Part shown: positions 49,301-60,570 of the stretch, one piece after another
Position numbering within the stretch: the first letter of the stretch is position 1
Layout: each line of letters begins with the position of its first letter
From: Cyanophora paradoxa CCMP329
Lineage: Eukaryota > Plantae > Glaucophyta
Direction of reading: 5' to 3'
Length of the DNA stretch: 64,000 nucleotides
NCBI GenBank assembly: GCA_004431415.1
Contig: QPMI01000054.1
Location: forward strand, 186,001 to 250,000
Program-made: the position numbers and the translations under genes
Notes under the pieces: generated by a model
Database searches by the model: none
Seen by the model: only the letters and a program-made list of their open reading frames with translations
What the model was told of the DNA's origin: nothing

Positions 49301-50132
49301 CGCCGAGGGTGCCGTACCCCCCCGGGGAGAGTTGGCTCCGTACCCCGGTGGCTTAGGCGGGGCGGGGCGGGGTACAGGCTTCTACGAGCTCGACCTCTCC
49401 GTGAGGGAGGACCGCGTCGTCTGCGAGTGCCTGGTACCCCCCTCCGTCGCTTTCCGACCCGTATCCCGACGCATTTCTCACGCCCCTCAGGTGGCGCTGG
49501 CGGTGGCGGAGCCCGGCGAGAACTGGATCGGGGAGACCATGAACGGTACCCCCCGAACTGCGTGCCAAGTCTAAATCGCTCTGCGGGGAGTCGAGCCGAG
49601 GCGGGGGACGCAGGCCAGGCGTTCGAGCTGCCGGCGAGCTGGATCAAGGAGGTCCCCAAGAAGGGCCTCCTCACCCTCACCTACAGGCCCGCCCTCTCTC
49701 TCCCACCCCCTTTCCTGCTCACTTCCTCCTGACTCGAGGGTCCAGGGTCTCGGAGGCCTCCGTCCAGATCGACGCCCGCTACGCCTGGGTCGCCAAGGCG
49801 CGCCCCGCCCTTAAGCTTCCGCCCCGCCCCGGGCGCCGCTGAGCAGCGGGCAGACGCTGCTGGGCTCGCTGGAGCGCCTCAGCGTGGAGCAAATGGCCGA
49901 CAAGCGCCGCGCCCTCCGCGCGTGCGCCCCGCCTCCGCCCCGCCCGGCCGCCTGGCGACGACCCTCGAGCTCACGCGGGGCGGGGCGGGGCGGGGGCAGG
50001 GCGGCCAAGGCGGCGGCGGGGGCGGGCGCGCCGGCGTCCAAGGAGTCCATCGCAAAGGCGGCGCCGGGGGCGACCCCGGCTGCGAGCGCCCCCGCCTCCA
50101 AAGAGTCCATCGCCGCCGGCGCCGCGACATAA
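43313..50132 (+). CDS. Large RNI-like leucine-rich-repeat protein with repeated C-terminal modules (Y-x-LDL...DR-x-V...E-x-W-x-N; DUF4476-like helical units)
   Basis: LRRs: ITSLDLSANRIGREGG, LTHLDL|GGNKLGD, VLSLSLADNDM, LRELDISWNHL, LEELRMAWNGLGDDGG, LVTVDLSANGL. C-terminal repeats: SGRYSLDV, TGHYKLSLENPFDRRIAL, GFYELDLSVREDRVVCECL..EPGENW. Confidence 0.75.
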
Positions 50133-50563
50133 GAATCGTTTTCTTTTGTACGTATTAGCCTTCGATTAGTGCTTTTGATCGGAAATTAGTGGTCCCGAAT
50201 CAATCGGAAATTAGTACTAGTATACGTAGTCCCGAATACCGAAGACGAACGCGCGCATGCGCAACCTAACGGCGGTCGAACCGGCGAGTCGCTGGCACCG
50301 CTGCTGCCGCCGCTGCTGCTCGAGGTCAAGAGCTCGCCCCGGCCCTGTCGTCACATTTGACGGTGCAATGTACGTGTACCCGGCCACGGCAGGTGCAGGC
50401 GTACCCCTGTAAACCGAGTGCGTCGAGAAAGACAGCTCCGAGGTGCCCGTCTCACAGTGCAAAGTTAGCTACCGGCGTTGAGGGTTCCGCTAGCCGCGCA
50501 CCGGCCCCAGCCGGGCGCTTGGGAGCTCGTTCGACCGCCAGCACGCCAGCGAGTGCCGCAAGG

Positions 50564-53500
50564 ATGACAACGGCGGTTCTCGCGTTCCTCGTGGGTCCGC
50601 AGCACGAGCTGCCACTGCAGGGGCCGACCGCCCTGCTGGGCCGGGGCCTGCTCGAGGTCTGCGCTAACCCTGGCGGAGCGCCCGCTCAGCCTGCGTCGCG
50701 TGGCGCTCACTGCCCGTGCAGGCGAGCAACGAGACGGTTTCAAGCAGGCACGCGCTCGTGGAATTCCAGTCGCCGCACGAGGCGACCCTCCTCAACTCGA
50801 GCCCCAACGGCACGACCGGTCCGCCGGCCGCCCCAGCGCATCCGGCGCCGGCGGCGCCCCTTACGCGGGGCGGGCCAGTGAACGGGAAGCCGGCGCCGAG
50901 CGCGGGGCGCGGGGCAGCGCTGCAGTCGGGCGACGTGGTGCGGTTCGGGGCGGACCCGACGCTCTACCGCTTCTACTTCCTGGCGGACCTGCCGGAGGGA
51001 CCGCCGCCGGACTGGCAGGACGGCCTCGACCGCCTCGCCAACGCCCGCGCCAGCCTCTCCGCTTCCCTTCAGAGCCTCCTCACCGGCCCGCCCCGCCCCG
51101 CCCCGCCGCCCCGCCCCGCCCGTGAGCGCGCGTCCGACGCTCCGCGCAGAGGCCCGCAGGCCGCAGCGGCCCGCCACCGCCGGCCCCGCAACAAGGAACG
51201 GCCGAAGACCGTGCGCGCCCCCGCGCAACCGCGCTTTCGGTCGTCACGCGCCGAGCCGCGCCGCAGCCGCAGCGCACCACGCCGCAGCCGCCGCAGCCGA
51301 CGACGCCGGCCGCCGCCGCCCCGCAGCGGCCCTCTTCCGCCCCCGCGGAACAGCCGCGCACCAGGCCCCGCCTCCTCCCCCGGCCCCGCCCCCCCGCCCC
51401 CGCCCCCGTGCCCCTGCGCCCCCGCGCCGGCGCCGCCCCCCGCACCATCTCCCCCGGTCCCAGCGCCGGCGCCGGCCCCTGCGCCACCCTCGGCGCCGGC
51501 GGCGTCGGAGGTGTTGGCGGCGGCGGCGGCGGAGGCGCGGGCGCTGGCGGCCTCGCAGGCGGCGCTGATCGAGCGCGGCCGCCGCATCGCCCGCGCCCTC
51601 GCCGGCGAGCTCGCCCCTTCCGCCCCGGCCTCCGCCTCCGGCTCCGCCGCCGCCCCGGCCCGGGCCGCCTCGCCCGACAGCCTCCGCTCGGCCTCGAGCT
51701 CGCCCTCGCCGCCGCCGCCGGCGCGGCAGCTGAGCGAGACGGCGCTGGGGCGGGCGGCGCGGAGCCTGGCGGGACTCAGGGACGAGCCGCCGCCGCCGCC
51801 GCGGGAGGAGCGCAAGGGCCACCGCCACTGCATCCCCCCCGAGGAGAAGCTCACGGTCGGCGTCCGCAAGGCCCGGCCCAAGGCCGCCAGCCCCCTCCGC
51901 GGTGCCCCCGCCCCGCCCCGCCCCGCCCCGCCGTCGCCGTCGCCCCGCCCACGCCGCCGGCAGCCCAGCGATCCGTGCCCCCCGAGCTCTTCCGCGGTAC
52001 CCCCGCCGAGATCCTCTCCGAAGGCGCGCCCTCCCCTGCTCGTACCCCCCTTTCGGGGCTGCGCGGGCCGAGCGTGCGGACGGGGCCAGGGCACGCGTCG
52101 GACATCCAGCGGGAGCTGGACAGCGCCCCGCCGGCCCCGCCCCAGCCGCCCCGCGCCTTCCGTGACCGCGCCCAGGCCCGCCGCCCCGCCACGCTCCCCC
52201 TCGAGCGGGCGCTGACGGGGCGTTCTGGGGCAGATCGAGCGGGAGGCGTGGTTCGGGGTGGCGCGCGAGCTGGCCCCCGACGGGGCCGCCGAGGGCTTCG
52301 ACCCCTCCGCCCCCGACCACGAGCTCCGCCCCGAGTGGGTCTACGGCTACCGGTGCGGATTCGAAGCTTCCCGCGCACTTCAACCCCCGGCGCGGGGCCG
52401 ACGGGGCGGGCGCGGGCGCAGGGGCATGGACGGGCACAACAACGCGCGCTTCCTCGCCCCGCTGGGCTCCACGGCGGCCTACGACGCGCACGTCGCCGCC
52501 CGCCCGCGCGCCCCCGAGGGCCGCCCCGCGGGGCGCCTGCGGGCGGCGTGGCCGGCGGGGAGCCTCGCCGTCGTGTACGACCCCGCGACCCACACGCAGC
52601 GCTTCTTCGCGCAGCACGCCGCCGCCGTCCTCTGGTCCGCTTCCCGCCCCGCCCCGCCCGCCTCCCGCCTCCCGCCCGCCCGCCCCGGCGGTGAACGGCT
52701 GCACGGCAGCCTGGCGGTGAGCTACGACGGGGCGCTGGTCGCCACGGGGGATGCCGCCGGCAAGGTGCCCCGCCCTCCTCCCGGCCCGGCCGCCCCGCGG
52801 CGGCCCGAGGCGAGGGGCGGGGCCAGGCGTACGTGTGGGAGGCGGAGGAGCAGCGCGCCCTCGGCAACGTCACCGTCTGCGACCCCGCCGGCGCGCCCCC
52901 GAGCTCGCTCTTTGAGCATCGTCAACGCTGAGGCGGGGCCGCTCGGCAGGGCTGACGGCGGAGGAGGCCGGGGCGGCGGCGGGGGCGGCGTGCTGCGCCA
53001 TGGCCCTCTCCAAGTCGGGGCGCACCCTGGCGACGGTCTCCTTCCGGCCCCCGAACGGCAACCGCCTCCGCCTCTGGGACTGGGCCTCCGGCGCCTGCCT
53101 CCACACCCTGCCCCTCTCCGCCGACAAGGCCCGCCGCCCCGCCCCGCCCCGCCCCCGCCCCGCCCCCGCCCCGCCTAACGCCGGCGGGGCGCAGGTGATG
53201 GGCCTGGAGTTCTCGTGGTACGGGGCGGGCTACGAGGAGGCGCTGGCCGCCTGCGGGCCGGGGGGCCTCCTCCTCTACACCCTCTCCGCCTCCGTCCGCC
53301 CCGCCCCGCCCCGGCTTCCCCTCTGCTCCCTCACCGCGTATTCCCCCGCGGCAGGAGCGGTACTGCCGGCCGGAGGCGCTGGAGTACGGGGCGCACCCCG
53401 CCTGCTCCGTCTACGGCGTCGCCTTCCTCTCCTACGGCGCCCTCGTCTGCCCCGCCGCGCCCCGCTACCCTCAGCCCCGCCGCGCTGCGCTGTGTTTTGC

Positions 53501-56500
53501 TTACTTTTCTGTTCGCGGCGCAGGCGGCGGGGGCGTCGGACGGGAACATCTACCTCTGGCGCCGCGGCAAGTGCGCGGGGCCGGCCACCCCGCAGCCCGC
53601 CCACCGCGTGCGCGCCCCGCCCCGCTGCTCCGCGTTTTAGACCACCTCGCCTGACATTCGCACGGGGCCAGGGCTCGGTGCTGAGCGTCGCCGCGGACGC
53701 GGGGGTGTGCGTGACGGGCGGGGCGGACGGGTTCGTGCGCTGGTGGGACCGCTCCTTCGCCCCGCTGCGCGCCCTCGACCTCGCCGCCGCCTGCGCCGGC
53801 CCCGACGCCGGCGGCCTCCCCGCCCTCGGCGCCCCCTCCTACTGCCCTCGGGCCCTCTGCGCCGCCCCGCACGGCACGCTCGTCGGCACCTCCTCGAACC
53901 AGCTCTACGAGGTGGACCCGGGGGGCGCGGTGGCGCTGGTGGCGCGGGGCCACGGGCCCTCGGCGGGCCCGACGGCGACGGCGGCGGACGGGCGGGAGCT
54001 GGCGGCCGTCGGGGCGACGTGCAGCGGGACCGTGTGGGGAGTCTGCGAGCACGGCCGCGTGCCCGTCTTCGTCTCGGTCGGCTCGGACGGCTACGTGGCG
54101 GCGTACCGCATGGACGAGCGCCGCGTGACGAGCGCACGCCGCCTCGCCCACCCGCCCCGCTCCGTCGCCGTCTCCCCGGACCAGCACGCCCAGGCCCGCC
54201 CCGCCCCGCCCCGCCCCGCCCGGGATCCCGCCGGGCCTCGGGCGACCCGAGTGCACGCGCTCCTGCAGGTGCTCTGCATGGGCCTGGAGAGCGGCGAGAT
54301 CGTGATTCTTGACGCCGTCACGCTCGGTGCGGCGAGCATTTTCTCGCCCCGCCCCGGCCCGCCCGCCCCCGCTGAGCGTCCGGGACCCCCCGCAGCGGAG
54401 ACGGTGCGGGTGCACATCAGCGAGGGGCCCGTGACGGCGCTCTCCTACTCCCCCGACGGCCGCTGCCTCGCCGCCGGGGGGTACCACGACGGCTTCCACG
54501 TCCTCTACATCCACGACGTGCCCCACGCCCCCGCCCGCCCGCCCCTTCCCGCCCCCGCGCCTTCACCCGGCCGGCCGGCCGGCGGCAGGTGACGCGGGCG
54601 TACCTGCGGGTTGGGGCGCTGAAGGGCCACCACGCGCCGGTGACGGAGATCGACTGGTCCGCCGACTCGCGCTACGTGCAGACCAACGCCCCCGCCGCCC
54701 GCGAGCTCCGCTTCTGTCCGCCCCGCCCCCGCCGCAGCTCCGGCCGCGCTCGGCTGACCTTGGGGGGTGCAGGGGACGCGGACGCGGTGAAGACGGTGCT
54801 GCCCCACGAGCTGCCCCGCGGCCTCGTGTGGCCCTCCGCATCCTGCCTCCTCTCCGCCCAGGCGCGCCGCCCCCACCTCTGCGCGCCCCACAAAAGCCGA
54901 CGCGGGCGGCGGGCGGGGCGCAGGTGCAAGGGGCGAGCCTGGCGGCCGGCTCCGTGGGGGACCCGCGCTGCCTCTGCGTCTCCCACGACGGGCGCCTCCT
55001 CGTGAGCGCCCACGAGGGGAGCCCGTCGCTCCTCCTCTGGCGCCACCCCGCCTGGTCCCCCGCGGCGAGCCCCCGCCCCCGGCCCCCCCTCGGCCCCCAG
55101 CTGACGGGCGGGGCGGGCAGGCGATCCGGCGACGTGCGGGCTCGGGCCACTCGGGCCCTGTGCAGCGCGTCCGCTTCTCCGCCGACGACTCGTGCGCCCC
55201 GCCGCTGATACCTGCGGGTCGAGCCTTCACACGGGGACGGCGGGGCCGGGGCAGGTTCGTGATCAGCGCGGGGGAGGACCTGGCGGTGATCCAGTGGCGG
55301 GTGGCCCCCGTGCTGCTCCGGCGGGCGCCCCGGGAGCGGCCCGAGCACCGCATCGCCCCGGGCAGCGACCGCAAGGCCGCCGCCGCCGCCCGCGCCCTCG
55401 TCCGCCCTTTCCTTCCCGCTCATCCCGCCGCCCGATTGACGCCCCGCCGCAGCTCGCGGACCGCCTGGCGCCCCCGGGGGTGCTCGCCGAGCGGGCCGCC
55501 CGCGGCCACGCGCCCCCGCCCCCCCTGCAAGCGCCTCCAGCTCTCGTGCGCCCCGGCCTCGCCGCCGGCGCCGCCCCCGCGGCCGACTGGCGACCCCGCA
55601 GCTTCGTGCACGGGATCCGCTCGTACGAGCGGGGGAGTGCCTGCAGGCGGTCTCCGGCCCGGGCGCCCCCGCGCCGCCCCGGGCGAGTCCCGCGACACCC
55701 GCGAGGCGCGCCCGTTTTTTTCTTTGAGGCGCACCGCCGCGCGGGCCGCGCCGACGGGGCGGGGCGGCGGCAGGTGCTCTTCTGGGCGTCGGCGGTGGCG
55801 GTGCTGCACGCGCCGGCCACCGGGGCGCAGCGCTTCTTCACCCGGCACGACGACGAGGTCACCTGGTGCGCGGCGGCGCGGCGGCCGGGCCCGGGCCCTC
55901 CGCGACCGCCCCGCAAGCTGACCCGGCGCAGCGGGGCGGTGAACGAGCGGGGGGACCTGGCGGCGACGGGCCAGCTGGGGCCGCGGGGGACGGTGCACGT
56001 GTGGGAGACGGGGAGCCTGACCGTGCGCGCCACGCTCGCCGGCTTCCACCGCGGCGGCGTCTCCGCCCTCTGCTTCAGCCCCGTGCGCCCCACCTCCTCT
56101 AGCCCCGCCCCGCCGCGCCGCGCCGCGCCGGCCGGTCCGAGGCCTCTGCCCGCGCAGGGGGAGGGGGACCTGGTGGCGACGCTGGGGGTGGACGCCGCGC
56201 ACACCGTCGCCCTCTGGCGCTGGACCACTGACCCCAGGCCCGCGTCCCGCGCCCCCCCGCCCCCTTTGTATCTCGCCCTGACGCGACTCCAGCGCGCCGT
56301 GGGCGAGCGTCTCGGCGGCGCCGCGGCCCGTGCACGTGCTCAAGTTCACCCCGGACGGCCGCCTCTTCACCGGTCCCGCCCCGCCCCGCCCCCTCCGCTT
56401 CCCTTCGCTCTGTGTCGTCTGCTGACGGGCCGGTGTCTGCAGCGGGGCGGGGCCACGCGACGTGGTGGCGCGTCGGGCCGGCCGGCCTCGACGCGACGGC

Positions 56501-58471
56501 GGCGCACATGCCCTCCGCCCTCGCCCTCCTCGCCCCCGGTCCCAGCGCCAGCGAGCGGGCGGGGCGGCCGCCGACGATCCTCTGCGCCGCCTTCCCGCCG
56601 GGGCGGCCCGAGGTGACCCTCACGGGGACGCGGGACGGGGAGATCCTCCTGTGGCGCGGCGCCTCCGCCGCCGCACTCGCGGGGGGCGCCGCCAAGCGCG
56701 CCCACCTCGTGAGACCGCCGCCTCCTCCTCGCCCTTTAGAGATTCGCCTCACCGGGCGGCAGGGCGGGGTGTACGCGCTGCACGCGGACGCGGAGGGGGT
56801 GACGAGCGGGGGCGGGGACGGGCGCGTGCGGCGCTGGAGCCACGAGCTCCGCTCCGGGCCCTGCTTCGACCTCCCGCCCCTCGTCTGGGACGGCCTGGCG
56901 CGCCCCGCCCGCCCGTCTAGCCCTCGGCCCTGCCCGCCTGCCTCGCTTGCTCTTCTAAGGCGGGCGCAGATGGAGGGCCTGCCGGCGGTGGTGGGGCCGC
57001 AGCGGGCGGCGCAGGTGCCGCTGGAGGCGCTGGTCGTGCGCTCCCTCTGCGTCCTCCCCGCCGGCCTCGCCGGCCGCCCGCCCCGCCTCCTCCTCGCCGC
57101 CACCCGCGGGGGCTTCCTATTCGCGTTCCCCCCCAAGGGCCCCCCGCGCCTCCTCCTCGCCGTGCGCCGCGCCCCCAGAGGCCCCGCCCCCCGCCCGCCC
57201 CTCTGACCTCGCCCGCAGGCGCACGGGCCGGCGGCCGGCGGGGCCGGGCCGGGGGCCGTGCGGGCGGTCGCCGCGCACCCCGTCTCCCCGGGCCTCCTCC
57301 TCTCCGCCGGCGACGATCGCACAGGCGCGCCCCCGCGCCCCCGCCCGCCCGACCCCGCCGGAGCGCTCACTCGGGGCGCAGTGCGGCTGTGGGCGGAGGG
57401 CGGGCGCCGCTGCGCGCGGGTCCGCCTGCTCGGGCCCCCTCGGAGCCCCGCGACGCGACAGCAACCCGCGGCGCCGCGTCGAGGGGGAGCCTCGCGCCGG
57501 CGGCGGCCGCGGAGCCGCGGCCCTGCTGCGCGGCGTGGGCCCCCGACGGCGCCGCCGCCGCCGTCGGTTGCTCGGACGGCACCGTGCGCCCAGCCCCGCC
57601 CGGGCAGACCCTCAGAGCCGTCTGAACGTGTATCCCCGCAGGTGTTCTTCCTGCGGGGAGACCTGACGGACGCGGCGGGGCCGGGGGCGGGGCGGGGGGA
57701 CGGGGCGACGGCGTGCGCGTTCAGCCCCGGGGACGGCCGCCTCCTCGCCGTCGGCCGCGCCTCGGGCGCCCTCGACATCTACAACGCCGCCAAGGCCCGC
57801 CCCTCCCCCGCCCCCACCGCCACCGCCCGCCGCCTCTGACGCGGGCGCGGGCGCGGGGCGCAGGGGTTCGGGCCGGCGGGGCGGCTCTCGGGGGCCACGG
57901 GCGGGGTGGCGGCGGTGGACTGGGCGGAGGGCGGGCGCTACCTCCGCTCCATGTGCGCCTCGGGGCGCCTCGTCCACTGGGACCTCCGCCGCTTCGAGCG
58001 CCCCGTCGAGGGTGCGGTACCCCCGCCATCAGCCCTCGCCCGAAATGGACGGCGAGTGACGAGGCGGGGCAGGGGTGGAGGAGGGGCGGCGGGCGCCGGG
58101 GGCGCCGATGCCGACGGCGGAGCGCGCGGCGCTGGAGGCGGTGCGGGCGCTGCGGTGGGCGACGGCACGGGCGGCGGCGGCGGCGTGGGACGGCGAGGGG
58201 GCCCTCCCGCCGGCCGCGACGTCCCTTCCTCGCCGCCCTCGACCGCTGCCCCGCCGCCCCCGTCGCCGCCGCCGCCCGCGCCGACGGCCTCGCCCTGCTC
58301 CCGTACCCCGCCGAGCGCTCCGCGGCGGGGGCGGCGGAGGCGGCGTACGGGGGCGCGCAGGCGGCGGTGGCCTTCGCGGCGGACGGGGCCGGGCTCGCCT
58401 CGGGGGGCGCCGAGGACCCCGCCCTCCTCGTCTGGGCCCTCGCCGACCGCCCCGCCCCGCGCCCCGCGTAG
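50564..58471 (+). CDS. FHA domain fused to an EML/EMAP-like HELP-WD40 beta-propeller protein
   Basis: FHA: LLGRG..VSSRHA..NSSPNGTT|VNG..LQSGDVVRFG. HELP motif PDHELRPEWVYGYR|GMDGHNNARF, and a second LSFVHG-type motif near 55545-55615. WD40s: QRFFAQH, LAVSYDGALVATG, VTALSYSPDGRCLAAG, LKGHHAPVTEIDWSADSRYVQTN, LAGFHRGGVSALCFSP. Confidence 0.8.
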
Positions 58472-58503
58472 CGCCTCGCTGAGAGTCCGACGGTTTGAAC
58501 CAA

Positions 58504-58563
58504 CAATCGAAAAGTCGCCAATCAAAAACTCGCCAATCAAAAACTCGCCAATCAAAAAGTCGC
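58504..58563. repeat. 15-bp tandem repeat x4 (CAATCAAAAA[C/G]TCGC) between convergent gene 3' ends
   Basis: Directly visible: caatcgaaaagtcgc caatcaaaaactcgc caatcaaaaactcgc caatcaaaaagtcgc. Confidence 0.85.
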
Positions 58564-58698
58564 GGCCCCTCTCCCTGCCTCCCCCCCCCCCCCCCCCCCT
58601 CCCCGCCCTCGCTGACGACCTCTTTCACCCCCGAAGTGTGGGAGCTCGTCATTTTCGAGAGCCAGAGCCCAAAAAAGATTCTGGCCATGGGGTCTCCT

Positions 58699-60535
58699 TC
58701 ACAAAGGCGAGGGACCAGAGGGACCGGCGGAGGGGCCGCGGTTGAAGGGGTCGTAGGGGCGCGTGGGGCGGGCGATCGGCCCGCCGGGTGGCAGGTAGGG
58801 GCGCGTGGGGCGAGGAGCCGGGGCCGAGGCCGCGGGTACAGGTGCAGGGGCAGCCGGCGGGGGGTGCCCGCGATCGTGGGCGGCCGCGGGGCGCGCAGGG
58901 GGCACGGGAGCTTGTTCGAGGCCGGCCGAAGGCGGGGCGGGCGGCGCCTGGGGCGAGAGATCAGAGAAGGCGTCGGCGTCGTGCGTCAAAGCTGGCGTCC
59001 GATGAACCGGAGGCGGACGCACCAAGGCGGAGGCGGGGGATGCTCCGCTGGGAGGAGCCGGCCCATGGCCAGGGGGCGCGTTGGGAGCCGAGTTCGACGG
59101 CGAGCTCGAGGCGGGGAGCGGGGCGCGGCAGTGCGGGCAGCCGGTCCCCGCAGCCAGCGCCGTCGCGCCCCACGTGGCAATGCACAGAGAGTGGAAGCGG
59201 TCTGCGGGGGCGTCGGCGCGGAGTGCGCGATCACGAGCTCAAGGGCCACGGGGCAGCGCACGGCCGCAGGGGAGGGCGACGGTGGGGCCGGCGCGGGGCT
59301 CCGAGTCGAGGCAGACGGCGCACGAGAAGTCCTCCTCCTCGAGAGCGCGGGCGGGGACGGCGGGTGCCATGGCCAGCGGCGCGGAGGGTCCGCGGGCGAC
59401 CGCACATTCGCTGGGGCCGGAGGAAGGGCGGTGTGGGGCGACCTGCAGCTCTCCGCTCCGCTCCGTGCTCCTGGTGGCCGCGGTGGCGTGCGCTTGCGCC
59501 TGCTGCTGCCGTTGCCTCTCCTGCTCCTGCCGGCGCCTCGCCTCCTCGAGCCTGCGGCGCTCCTCCTGTTGCTGCCTCTCCTCGAGCTCCTGCAGCCGCC
59601 GCTGCTCGAGCTCGCGCCGTTCCTCTTCCGCGCGCCGGCGCGCCTCCTCCGCCGCCCTCGCCTCTGCCTCCCGGCGCTCACGGATCGCGGTCTCCGCCCC
59701 CTGCCGCTCCTGCCGAACCCTGCCCCCGCCGCCGCCGCTGAGCGCGAGGGGCGAACTAAAAGCAGAATGCCGGCACACCTGGCGAGCAGGTCGGCGGCGG
59801 CGTCCGAGGCGGCGAGCTCGCGCTCCCAGGCCTCCGCCTCCCGCGCGGCCGCCTCCAAGTCGCCCGCCCCCGCCGTGCACTCTGAACGGAGAGAGATCAT
59901 GAAATAGACGCAAGCGCAAGGCGCCGGCCGAGCAGCGTTCCGGCTGCTATGACAAGCGCGGAGAGCCGCAGAGGGCGCACGGATGCGGAGCAGGCGCGCC
60001 TCTGCGTCTCCAGGCGACCGCTGTGCAGCGTCGATTTCGCGGTCAGTTCTAAATTCAATCTGCGATCAGAGAAATAGCCAATTTGAAGCACCTTCAGCAA
60101 CGCGTTGAGCAGCCGGCGGGCGCCTGCCCACTTCGACCTGCGCATCTGCTCGAGCGCAGCCTCCTGCTCGGGCGTCAGATCGCCCCGCGGGCCCCCTGCC
60201 GCTGCCGGCTGCGCGTGCGGACGCGCACCCGATCGGCGGCGTCGCGCTCGGCGCGCTCGGCGCGCTCGGCCTCCCGCCGCGCGCGCTCGCGCTCCGCCTC
60301 GCGCTCCGCCTCCGCCTTCTTCCGCCCCTCCAGCGCCCGCCGCCGCTCCTCCAGCTTGCTAGATAGCCGGCTGGTGGCCTGGGACGGAGCTGGAGAACCC
60401 GCAGCTGCGCCTGGATTCGCAGCCGCGAGCTCTGCAAGTGAAGCTTTCACTGCAAGAGTCCCGTTGAGCTCTCCCGGAAGAAGTGAGCAGCCTGTCGTCA
60501 ATGCTTCCTGCACATGCGGCCATCAGAAAATCCGG

Positions 60536-60570
<35 letters not shown>

